This document shows positions 17,173 through 25,574 of a stretch of 55,316 nucleotides of DNA, piece by piece. Source of the DNA: a virus (Duplodnaviria > Caudoviricetes); IMG/VR virus record IMGVR_UViG_3300037485_000169, positions 1 through 55,316 of that record; one strand, 5' to 3'. The position numbers and the translations under genes were made by a program. The notes beneath the pieces were generated by a model, which did no database searches, was not told the DNA's origin, and saw only the letters and a list, made by a program, of their open reading frames with translations. How positions within the stretch are numbered: position 1 is the stretch's first letter; the number at the start of each line of letters is the position of its first letter.

Positions 17173-17945
17173 TGGTTGATCGTGCGTTCTCCACTCTGGC
17201 TGCCAAGATCAACCCGAGCGTTCCGGGCTGTCCGACTGCGACGATGGTCCAGTACATCCGTGACTCGGCGATCCGGACCTGTGAGCGCACACTGGCATGG
17301 CGCTATGAAGTGCCACTGTTCGATCTCCTTCCGGGCGTCCATGAGTACGCTTACGACAAGCCGGTCAACACGGATGCACACGCAGTCTTCGCTGCTATCG
17401 TCAACGGTAGCCATCTGGAAAAGCTAACGCTCGACGACGCGCTGCGGCTCTATCCGCAATGGGCTGATCTCTATTCGGGTGAAGACCCCAGTGTCCTGTG
17501 GAGCCTGACGCCTCCGGGAAGCTACAACAACTATGAGTATAACGAGGCGCTGTTCAACGATGGCGAACCGTTTGTCCTGCCTGACTCCGTGGTTGCTGAC
17601 GCGAGCACGCCGCGTTCGATCTGTCAGATAACTCCTGACAAGTTTGTCGTGCTGCCGTTGCCGGATAACAACGAGCCGTATACGATGCGGATGTTCTTGG
17701 CGCTCAAGCCCAAGCGTGATGCCTCGGGTATGAACTCGGTTATCTTCGACGACCTCGAAGAAGTTATCATGCACGGGGCGCTTCAGCATTTGCTGGTCCT
17801 ACCAAACCAGTACTGGTCTGACCGGGAACTCGCGGCCTATCACGCCAAGCAGTATACCTACCAGATCGCCGAGCGTCGTGCCCGTGCCAACCTCGGTAAT
17901 GTGCGCGGCACGTACCGCGCCAAAATGCAACCGTTCGGAGCCTGA
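17172..17945 (+). CDS. Probable second adaptor/tail tubular protein
   Basis: INPSVPGCP...AIRTCERT..W...IMHGAL..L..LPNQYWSD; coupled to the adaptor gene. Confidence 0.6.
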   Translation: MVDRAFSTLAAKINPSVPGCPTATMVQYIRDSAIRTCERTLAWRYEVPLFDLLPGVHEYAYDKPVNTDAHAVFAAIVNGSHLEKLTLDDALRLYPQWADLYSGEDPSVLWSLTPPGSYNNYEYNEALFNDGEPFVLPDSVVADASTPRSICQITPDKFVVLPLPDNNEPYTMRMFLALKPKRDASGMNSVIFDDLEEVIMHGALQHLLVLPNQYWSDRELAAYHAKQYTYQIAERRARANLGNVRGTYRAKMQPFGA

Positions 17946-17947
17946 CC

Positions 17948-18277
17948 ATGGGTGTGAAAGTAACCAACAATGCTACGACAACCACGGTAGGGGCAGTCTC
18001 CAGTACTGCGCTGTCTCTCACGGTGGCCAGCGGCACGGGTGTGATCTTCCCGGTCCTCTCGACTGGTGACTATTTCTACGGCACCTTGAGCGACACCAAC
18101 AACAATTATGAGGTGGTCAAGGTCACGGCTCGCACTGATGACGTGATGACCATCGTGCGTGCTCAGGAGGGAACCCTTGCTTTACCTTTTCCTACTAACA
18201 GCCGCTTTGAGCTTCGGGTTACTGCTGCTAGTGTTCTGGAGTCGTTCGTCTCGAACTACGACTTCCTGCTTTTGTGA
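17948..18277 (+). CDS. Tail fibre attachment-domain protein
   Basis: EVVKVTART...TIVRAQEGT...ELRVTA; paralogous to the N-terminus of 18782-20824. Confidence 0.7.
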   Translation: MGVKVTNNATTTTVGAVSSTALSLTVASGTGVIFPVLSTGDYFYGTLSDTNNNYEVVKVTARTDDVMTIVRAQEGTLALPFPTNSRFELRVTAASVLESFVSNYDFLLL

Positions 18278-18288
18278 AAGGTTAGACT

Positions 18289-18642
18289 ATGCCTACTGTT
18301 TCTCCAACCTTCGACTTCGTTACTACGCAGTCCTCTAAGACGCCGCGTATTACATGGGCCGACGTAGCTACCGGGGATACGATTACGCCGTTCTCAGTCG
18401 ATGCACAGGCAGCTATCGCTGGCGCAGTTCAATTTGCCGGTACCTTTGGCGGCGCTACGGTAAAGCTACAGGTATCAAATGATGGAACGACTTACTTTGA
18501 TATGAAGGACCTCGGCGGCACTGTCATGAGTGCTACGGCTGCGGCTTTGTTCGAGTTCACTACGGCTGCGGCTTATATCCGTCCGGCGATTAGCGGCGGT
18601 ACGGGCGATGCCGTAGATGTAATTATGGTTTTGCGGGGCTGA
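18289..18642 (+). CDS. Small virion protein
   Basis: GTFGGATVKLQVSNDGTTY beta-sandwich-like motif; lies in tail module. Confidence 0.65.
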   Translation: MPTVSPTFDFVTTQSSKTPRITWADVATGDTITPFSVDAQAAIAGAVQFAGTFGGATVKLQVSNDGTTYFDMKDLGGTVMSATAAALFEFTTAAAYIRPAISGGTGDAVDVIMVLRG

Positions 18643-18643
18643 T

Positions 18644-18769
18644 ATGCTGGCGATTACGTTGATCATGCGCCGGGTACGACGCCAGACCTCTGAGCTACTC
18701 AACAATTTGCTGTTAGAGACCGGCGATGATATACTACAGGAAGACGGGTCGTACCTTCTTCTCGATTAA
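18644..18769 (+). CDS. 41-aa protein with LLLETG..ILQEDG motif
   Basis: Manual translation MLAITLIMRRVRRQTSELLNNLLLETGDDILQEDGSYLLLD; fills the gap exactly. Confidence 0.65.
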   Translation: MLAITLIMRRVRRQTSELLNNLLLETGDDILQEDGSYLLLD

Positions 18770-18781
18770 TGCGGGGACAAT

Positions 18782-20824
18782 ATGGGTGTCATTCTAAAGA
18801 ACAACGCGAATAGCACGATCACCACTGCGATCAGTGCGTCTGACGTTGGTCTGGCTGTCGCTACCGGCACCGGTTCGATCTTCCCCGTCCTTGGGGCGGG
18901 TGATTACTTCTATGCCACGCTGGTAAGCTCCGGCGGCACTTACGAGATCGTCAAGGTCACGGCGCGGGTCGGCGACACCATGACCATCGTCCGTGCGCAG
19001 GAAGACACCACGGCCCAGAGCTTTGCTGCTGGGTCCAGCTTCGAGGCTCGCGTTACTGCTGCGTCCATTCGTGATACTGCGACCGACATTGTCCTAACTC
19101 GGCTGGGTAGCACCGCAGCAGGTGACGGTGCCTCGCTCGTTGGCGTGCAGGATGTTGGAAACTATTACGCCGCGACAACGGTCGAAGGTGTCCTCCAAGA
19201 ACTCGGCGCATCCGGCGGCACGGTCGGCATCAACGCCATCGTGGACAACTTCACCGGTAATGGCAGCACGGTTAACTTCACGCTGTCCAAAGCCCCAGTG
19301 TCGCAGAACACCATCGACGTGTTTATCAACGGTGTCTACCAGAACAAGACCGACTTCTCGTTTGCTGGCACGACGCTGACGTTCACGCAGGCTCCCCCGC
19401 TTGGGTCTGAGATCGAGGTCTGCATTAACACCAACGCTCTGGCGGGAACCGTCATGGCGAGTAACGTCTCCTACAACCAAGGCGGCACAGGAGCGGTCAA
19501 TAGAACTGTTCAGTCCCGCTTGCGGGACTATGTTTCGGTCAAGGACTTCGGCGCTGTTGGCAATGGCGTAGCAAATGACACAGTTGCTATTCAAGCGGCG
19601 CTTAATAGCGGCGCAAAGTTTGTCACACTAGACGAAGGCACTTTTCTGTTTTCGGCGCTCACCATCCCATCTGGTGTTATCCTTCAAGGCGCAGGAAAAG
19701 GGGCAACAATCCTTAGCTCCACAAGCAGCGGCAGCGCTATTACCGTGCAAAACGTCATCGACGCAGGGCTGCGCGATTTACGCATTTCTGCACCTTCTGC
19801 AACACGCGCAGTGCATGTTATTTCTACATCTACTTTCGTCATGCGTCCGCTGTTTGAGAACATATTTATTTCGGCATTTGCAAGCAACGGCATAGGCATC
19901 TTTTTTGATGTGCAGGGCGCTAACCCAATCTATTTCCCGCGCATGTATAATTTGGACATAGACGGTGGAAGTTTTGCGCCTGCTGTCGGAACGCGCATAG
20001 GTATTGCATATGGCGGCGCTGGATCGACCATAACTGTTGGGCCGTCAATTTTTGGCGGACGTGTCACGAATACCTTGCAAGGTATTACCCATAGCAAGGT
20101 TGATACTGCGCTTGGCTTCGGTGTTCAGCTTGACGGCCAGACGGACGGTTCATCTGCGGGCGTTGGTCTTTTGTTTGGCTCCGGCGGCGGCGGGTACAAT
20201 AAATATTGGGGTACTCGCTTTGAGTCCACGGCAGTCGACACATTCATAGCGTTTAACGCTGGGTCGGCAGACAATTTTGTTGAAGGCACTTTTGGTGGCG
20301 CTGCACCTAGTAAAATAACAGACGCCGGCGTTAGAAACTCATGGTCAGGGACCGACGGGTCTGGCGGTCTTGTCGATAACACCGCTTCAATCGTTAATTT
20401 TCAAAGCGGTATTAAATTTGGGGGTGGAACCACTCTTCAAAACTATGCCGTTAACACGTTTACACCGACTGTTTTTGGTGGGACCACCGCAGGGACCGCA
20501 ACCTATGCGTATCAGGTCGGGGAATACACCCGCATCGGGAACAAAGTGTTTTTTAGCCTAGCTATTAGTTTTTCAGGCCATACTGGAACTGGATCGCTTA
20601 ATGTCGGCGCGCTACCTTTCACGGCTGCAACGCGCACTGACATGAGGTGGAACCAAACGCTGAATATGCAGAACATAGCGTACACCGGCCCAGTTCTGAT
20701 CGGCGTAGTCCCTTCTGCGTCTAACTTTGTTCAGTGCAGCCAGATAGCTACTACAGGAACGACATCCGCAGTCCCGATAGCTGCGTCTGGGTTTATCTCA
20801 GTTTCCGGATTTTACGAGGTCTAA
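18782..20824 (+). CDS. Tailspike 2 (attachment domain, beta-helix, C-terminal domain)
   Basis: RTVQSRLRDYVSVKDFGAVGNGVANDTVAIQAA; C-terminal TFTP...GEYTRIGNKV. Confidence 0.8.
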   Translation: MGVILKNNANSTITTAISASDVGLAVATGTGSIFPVLGAGDYFYATLVSSGGTYEIVKVTARVGDTMTIVRAQEDTTAQSFAAGSSFEARVTAASIRDTATDIVLTRLGSTAAGDGASLVGVQDVGNYYAATTVEGVLQELGASGGTVGINAIVDNFTGNGSTVNFTLSKAPVSQNTIDVFINGVYQNKTDFSFAGTTLTFTQAPPLGSEIEVCINTNALAGTVMASNVSYNQGGTGAVNRTVQSRLRDYVSVKDFGAVGNGVANDTVAIQAALNSGAKFVTLDEGTFLFSALTIPSGVILQGAGKGATILSSTSSGSAITVQNVIDAGLRDLRISAPSATRAVHVISTSTFVMRPLFENIFISAFASNGIGIFFDVQGANPIYFPRMYNLDIDGGSFAPAVGTRIGIAYGGAGSTITVGPSIFGGRVTNTLQGITHSKVDTALGFGVQLDGQTDGSSAGVGLLFGSGGGGYNKYWGTRFESTAVDTFIAFNAGSADNFVEGTFGGAAPSKITDAGVRNSWSGTDGSGGLVDNTASIVNFQSGIKFGGGTTLQNYAVNTFTPTVFGGTTAGTATYAYQVGEYTRIGNKVFFSLAISFSGHTGTGSLNVGALPFTAATRTDMRWNQTLNMQNIAYTGPVLIGVVPSASNFVQCSQIATTGTTSAVPIAASGFISVSGFYEV

Positions 20825-20826
20825 GC

Positions 20827-21675
20827 ATGGCGGATAAAAAAATATCAGCGCTACCCGCTGCAACAACGCCGTTAGCCGGTACGGAAGTGCTGCCAATTGT
20901 ACAAGGTGGAACCACAGATCAGGTGTCAGTGGCTAACCTTACGGCAGGCCGCGCTGTCAGCGCCTTGTCGTTAGCAACGCCTGACACCGACGCGGCCACA
21001 TCTATCACTGCGTCTGGCTTGAGCATAGGACGCGGCGCAGCATTTGCTGGCGGTCAGACAGAATTGTTCACTGTAGGCACACGCCGTATGGGCCTTGGTA
21101 CTACCGGATCAGCAGCCTTCTATTTGTACACTGCATCTACAGAAGCGGTAGCTATTGACACATCCCAAAATGTAAAAGCCACAACTGGCAACCTCGTAAT
21201 CGGCACCGCTGGCAAAGGCATCGACTTCAGCGCGAACACGCACGCGGCAGGCATGACCAGCGAATTGCTGAATGACTATGAAGAAGGTACTTGGACGCCT
21301 GTGGTTGCAGGGTCGGGAACCGCAGGGACATATGAAATAGGGACGAACGGCAGTACCTATACAAAAGTCGGGCGGATGGTAACTATCCAAGGCTTTATCC
21401 AGTTTGCAGCCGTAGTTACCGGCGGCGGAACGGGCGATCTGCGGATTACTGGATTGCCTTATACCAAGACCGCAAACTCCTACCCCGTCGGTTCAGTTTA
21501 TCTGGCCCTTGGCACATGGTCAGGAAATCATCCGACAGTTGTTTTTGGGTCTTTTAGCGCAAGTTCCACGCTATTGCTTCAGCAAGATGCCAGCGGCGGT
21601 TACGGCACGGCTATACCGATTTCGTTCGCAAGCGCGAACGCTTACCTTACGTTCACTATTTCCTACGAGGTGTGA
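20827..21675 (+). CDS. Tail fibre protein
   Basis: MADKKISALP N-terminus; LNDYEEGTWTP...YTKVGRMV C-domain. Confidence 0.75.
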   Translation: MADKKISALPAATTPLAGTEVLPIVQGGTTDQVSVANLTAGRAVSALSLATPDTDAATSITASGLSIGRGAAFAGGQTELFTVGTRRMGLGTTGSAAFYLYTASTEAVAIDTSQNVKATTGNLVIGTAGKGIDFSANTHAAGMTSELLNDYEEGTWTPVVAGSGTAGTYEIGTNGSTYTKVGRMVTIQGFIQFAAVVTGGGTGDLRITGLPYTKTANSYPVGSVYLALGTWSGNHPTVVFGSFSASSTLLLQQDASGGYGTAIPISFASANAYLTFTISYEV

Positions 21676-21676
21676 T

Positions 21677-23221
21677 ATGGCGCTTACAAAAGCCACCTAC
21701 GCTATGATTGAAGGCGCAACGGTCAATGTATTCGATTACATGACTGACGCTGAAATCGCAGATGTGACCGCAAATACTGCGTTATTGGACGTAACGGCTA
21801 AAATTCAAGCTGCTATTGATTCCGCGAACACTGGCCTCACCGTGTTTCTACCCAGCGGTACATATCGAGTAACTAGCACGATTTTCCTGCGCCGCAGTGG
21901 TGTGCATATTGTTGGTGCTGGCGTTGGATCTACAAACGTCAAATATGTAAACGCGGCAGGCGGAATTGTTTTTTCTGGCGATACCAATAAAACAAATTCG
22001 TTGGCGCAATATGAAAGCTGTTCACTAGAAAATTTTGAGGTCGCTTCGTCGGGCAGTGCTTCGACAGACCCGTCAATTGTGGTCGACCTAACTTCATTCT
22101 CCTACAGTCATTTTAATATTGAAATTCAATCGCGTCGGGTCGGGGCGACCTTGTACTATGGCCAAGGGAACGCAGGCACAGCACCATATTTTAATCATAT
22201 TGAAAGCACCGGCTTGTTTGGCGGCGCTGATAAAACGCAGCGCGCATTTGGTTTTGAAGGTGGTGCGTGGGCTGGCGGTAGCAATGGCCCCAACGCTAAT
22301 ATGATTGGCCCGATCACTCGCGCAGCATCACTTGCTACTGTGATTGATTTGAAAACCGGCCAAGGTAATATGTTCAGCAACATCGGCGCTGAAAGCATAG
22401 CTGGAACCTTTATTTTGCTTGGCGGCAACGCGGCGGCTGATACAGGTACGTCAAGCGGATCAAACACCGCGACAACCTTAAAAGACACCACGCAAACATG
22501 GGCTACTAACGCCTATATCGGCGGCGGCGTGCAAATTACGGGTGGCGTTGGCGCAGGACAAATCCGGCGAATTGCCACCAACACAGCCACAGAACTTTCG
22601 CTGCAATTTCCTTGGGCGACCATTCCCGACGCAACCAGCCAATATTCCGTGTTTGAAGCAAAATCGAATGACAATAAATTTGTCAACATTCGCCAAGAAG
22701 GCGACGGGACCGCTGATTTTATTTTTGCGTGGCCTGACTCCGCAAACACTGAGGTCACGCAGACTTCAGTGCAGTCGGTGGGGGGTTATCTGAATGACCG
22801 TAGCTGCTCGCCGTACAATAAATTTTTCGGCCAATCTCGCACACTTTTGCAGCACACCTTTGTAACCCCCGGCGCGGCGGCTAACATTAACGCATACCCA
22901 AAAAGCAGTGTGTTCGGCGGCGTAAAACTGGCCGGACAATATGTTGTGGATTTTGTCTACGTGGAATGCACGGCTGCGTCTCATGGAGATACCGCGACAG
23001 TAACAGTTGATTGCGGCGGGGTGGCTGTAGGCGGCGGATCGCCAACTTTTGCGATAGGTATCCCCAATAACGAAACTGCTGGCGCCGCTTTCCCTTCACT
23101 GCAACGGGTCCAGAAATCCGGCGTCAACGAAGGTATTTTCTTAAACTTGCAGACCGGCGCTGCGTTTTCAGCAGGCGTCAGTGTTTTGGTCACGATAGGT
23201 GTGACACTAACATCTGCGTAA
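21677..23221 (+). CDS. Tailspike 3 (beta-helix)
   Basis: MALTKATYAMIEGA...DVTAKIQAAID...VFLPSGTYRVTSTI. Confidence 0.75.
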   Translation: MALTKATYAMIEGATVNVFDYMTDAEIADVTANTALLDVTAKIQAAIDSANTGLTVFLPSGTYRVTSTIFLRRSGVHIVGAGVGSTNVKYVNAAGGIVFSGDTNKTNSLAQYESCSLENFEVASSGSASTDPSIVVDLTSFSYSHFNIEIQSRRVGATLYYGQGNAGTAPYFNHIESTGLFGGADKTQRAFGFEGGAWAGGSNGPNANMIGPITRAASLATVIDLKTGQGNMFSNIGAESIAGTFILLGGNAAADTGTSSGSNTATTLKDTTQTWATNAYIGGGVQITGGVGAGQIRRIATNTATELSLQFPWATIPDATSQYSVFEAKSNDNKFVNIRQEGDGTADFIFAWPDSANTEVTQTSVQSVGGYLNDRSCSPYNKFFGQSRTLLQHTFVTPGAAANINAYPKSSVFGGVKLAGQYVVDFVYVECTAASHGDTATVTVDCGGVAVGGGSPTFAIGIPNNETAGAAFPSLQRVQKSGVNEGIFLNLQTGAAFSAGVSVLVTIGVTLTSA

Positions 23222-23260
23222 CGATATTGCCAGTCTACAACATTAACTAGGGTATAAGCT

Positions 23261-23569
23261 GTGAGCGAAGAGAACGTACTAACCGTCAAAATAGATATGC
23301 TTCACAGCGATGTTGTCGACATGAAGACCGCGCTGAACGAACTGTCGAAGGCAATTACGAAGCTGGCACTTGTCGAAGAGCGTCAGGCTCAGACGGCTAA
23401 TGCAATGGAACGTGCGTTCAAAGCTATCGGTAAGATTGAGGATCGGCTTTCTTCATTGGAGCTTACAGCGCCCAAGACGAAGGAAACCAACGCTTGGATG
23501 GATAGGTTCATCCTAGCTATCGTTGTAACCGCTGCGGGTTTCGCAGGGACAAAACTGGGTATGTTGTAA
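23261..23569 (+). CDS. Coiled-coil protein with C-terminal TM helix (lysis-associated, XhlA-like architecture)
   Basis: Heptad pattern then FILAIVVTAAGFAG. Confidence 0.6.
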   Translation: MSEENVLTVKIDMLHSDVVDMKTALNELSKAITKLALVEERQAQTANAMERAFKAIGKIEDRLSSLELTAPKTKETNAWMDRFILAIVVTAAGFAGTKLGML

Positions 23570-23580
23570 GGAGGTTTATT

Positions 23581-23706
23581 ATGCCGGGTAAAAAGATGAT
23601 GTCCTATCAGAAGGGCGGTATGGTTTTCAAACCGTGTGCCAAGTGTCCGTCGCCTGCCAAGTGCCGCGCTATGGGTAAGTGCATGGCTAAAGCGAAGGGT
23701 AAGTAA
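23581..23706 (+). CDS. 41-aa basic Cys-rich protein
   Basis: AAGGAGGT RBS; MPGKKMMSYQKGGMVFKPCAKCPSPAKCRAMGKCMAKAKGK. Confidence 0.75.
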   Translation: MPGKKMMSYQKGGMVFKPCAKCPSPAKCRAMGKCMAKAKGK

Positions 23707-23707
23707 C

Positions 23708-23998
23708 ATGGCTAAGAGCTACTGGAACACTAAGGCGGGTAAGCAGGCAACAACCAGCGCTGCTGCGGCTGACTATGCTGGAGCAATGAAGGTGAGTCCC
23801 GGCTTCCGTGCGGGTAAAAGTCCAGTAGTCTCTGGCTCTCCTGCCATGGGTACGCTCAATATGGGCAAGCAGGTCTCGCAGGGTCCGACCACTGGCTTCG
23901 GTTCTTTCCGTGGTCCCAGTTCGGAGTACGACACGACTATGCTTGGGCAGTTCGAACCTGCGCGGAAGGTTGATGGTTTCGATCCATCGATGGGGTAG
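23708..23998 (+). CDS. Hypothetical low-complexity protein
   Basis: MAKSYWNTKAGK...; ATG 1 nt after the upstream stop. Confidence 0.65.
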   Translation: MAKSYWNTKAGKQATTSAAAADYAGAMKVSPGFRAGKSPVVSGSPAMGTLNMGKQVSQGPTTGFGSFRGPSSEYDTTMLGQFEPARKVDGFDPSMG

Positions 23999-24000
23999 TT

Positions 24001-24393
24001 ATGAGCATCACGTTAGGTTCTCGTTCGCTCTCTCGCCTTGAAGGTGTCCACCCTGATCTTGTGCGCGTGGTCAAGCGTGCTGCGGCTATGTCCGACCTCG
24101 ACTTCACCGTCTTGGAAGGGCTACGCACCGAAGCACGCCAGCGCCAACTGTTCAAGCAGGGTGCGACCAAGACACTCAACTCGCGTCACATAACCGGACA
24201 CGCTGTTGACCTAGCTCCTATGCTCGACGGTAAGGTATCTTGGGATTGGCCGCTCTATCACCGGTTGGCCAAGACCGTGAAATCTGCTGCCGATCTGGAG
24301 AAAGTGCCCCTGCAATGGGGCGGAGACTGGAGAACTTTCAAGGATGGCCCACACTGGGAACTGCCTTGGAAGCAATATCCGAAAGGAAAGTGA
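24001..24393 (+). CDS. Endolysin, peptidase M15 family (L-Ala-D-Glu type)
   Basis: EGLRT...SRHITGHAVD...WGGDW..FKDGPHWEL. Confidence 0.93.
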   Translation: MSITLGSRSLSRLEGVHPDLVRVVKRAAAMSDLDFTVLEGLRTEARQRQLFKQGATKTLNSRHITGHAVDLAPMLDGKVSWDWPLYHRLAKTVKSAADLEKVPLQWGGDWRTFKDGPHWELPWKQYPKGK

Positions 24394-24394
24394 T

Positions 24395-24577
24395 ATGAAT
24401 TTTGTCCATTGGCTTCTGGCCCGAATGAAAGAACCGAGCACCTATGCTGGCCTGTCCGGCCTTGCGCTCGCCTTCGGTGTGTCCACTGAGTTGTACACTG
24501 CGGCGTCCACTGCACTCGCTGGTGTCGCTGGCCTTGTTGCTGTTGTACTCGCTGACCGTACCGAGCACTCCGAATGA
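24395..24577 (+). CDS. Holin-like protein
   Basis: RMKEPSTYAGL with two hydrophobic segments, directly after the endolysin. Confidence 0.7.
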   Translation: MNFVHWLLARMKEPSTYAGLSGLALAFGVSTELYTAASTALAGVAGLVAVVLADRTEHSE

Positions 24578-24792
24578 TCCGGTTCTTGACGGCCCTACTG
24601 GCTGCTATCGATAAGATATTCACGTTCTTTGACCAGCAGCATTGGAAGCAGCAGGGCCGTCAAGAAACCATCAAGGAGATGAATGATGCGATTAACCACC
24701 AGATCGAACTCGGCGAAGCTGCTGTTGCTGTCCCTGATCCTGAGCGCGACGAGCGGCTGCGTAACCGATTTGACAGAGCACGTTCCGACTAA
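24574..24792 (+). CDS. Putative i-spanin (Rz-like)
   Basis: Hydrophobic N-terminus plus helical C-terminus; overlapped by a lipoprotein ORF. Confidence 0.55.
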   Translation: MIRFLTALLAAIDKIFTFFDQQHWKQQGRQETIKEMNDAINHQIELGEAAVAVPDPERDERLRNRFDRARSD

Positions 24793-24928
24793 TGGCTATT
24801 GCTCGATGACTAAACCCATCAGCTACGATAGCAAGAAAGACACGCCTGAAACCGTAAAGCAGATCGAGGCCCATAACTCCCGCTGGGCTTGCGTCTGCGA
24901 CAATGATTGCCCGACCAATGCTAATTAA
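24683..24928 (+). CDS. Putative o-spanin lipoprotein (Rz1-like)
   Basis: KLLLLSLILSATSG^C lipobox; overlaps the Rz-like gene in another frame; Cys-containing C-terminus. Confidence 0.7.
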   Translation: MMRLTTRSNSAKLLLLSLILSATSGCVTDLTEHVPTNGYCSMTKPISYDSKKDTPETVKQIEAHNSRWACVCDNDCPTNAN

Positions 24929-25535
24929 GATCATCAAGAACGACCGGCACTTTGCCCAGAACGGGCCGACCGGTATTCGCATCCACACTGGTACTCGGTA
25001 TTTCGCCGCCGTTCTGCTTCAGGAGTGGTACGAGTTTACCCGCTATGTGTTCTGGTTCTGGGGTATCCCTGTGGCGCTTTGGGCTGCTGCGTGGGGCGGA
25101 TACGCCCTTGGTCTTGATGATGCGCTGTGCGGTGCTCTGGCAGTATCCGGTGTGGCGTTTATGCTGTTGGTCACGATGCGTCTCGTTCCGTTCAATCTGG
25201 CGGACCGGGAGTTGACTGGGCAGGCTATTGAGATTGCTGCGATCAAATTGCTCTATAAGCGTCCCGACATGGAGAGCGAATACCGGATACAGGCCCGGTC
25301 AATGATCCGGTCGGACAGCCCCTATGTTAGCAAGGGGTACTGGAGCGATCTCGATCCAGTCGACCCGAGTATTTACACCAACGAGGACGCACGCATGGGA
25401 ACTTATCACCCTAGCATCGCTCGCATGGTGTCACGGCTAAAGGCTCGGCAACCTTTTGCGGAGCGTTATGTGCGAGCCAATATGGATAAGCTGGAAAAGT
25501 GGAAGCCGCTGGGCGCTGACGGGCTAGGATATTGA
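24918..25535 (+). CDS. Hypothetical membrane protein (about 2 TM helices)
   Basis: YVFWFWGIPVALWAAAWGG and ALAVSGVAFMLLV hydrophobic segments. Confidence 0.65.
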   Translation: MLIKIIKNDRHFAQNGPTGIRIHTGTRYFAAVLLQEWYEFTRYVFWFWGIPVALWAAAWGGYALGLDDALCGALAVSGVAFMLLVTMRLVPFNLADRELTGQAIEIAAIKLLYKRPDMESEYRIQARSMIRSDSPYVSKGYWSDLDPVDPSIYTNEDARMGTYHPSIARMVSRLKARQPFAERYVRANMDKLEKWKPLGADGLGY

Positions 25536-25574
25536 GAGTGACTGCCCCTCCAAAATGGAGTAAATGAGTATATC

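Noticed and set aside
23227-23258. Promoter upstream of the lysis region
   Set aside because: TTGCCA to TATAAG spacing is 20 nt, too long to call with confidence
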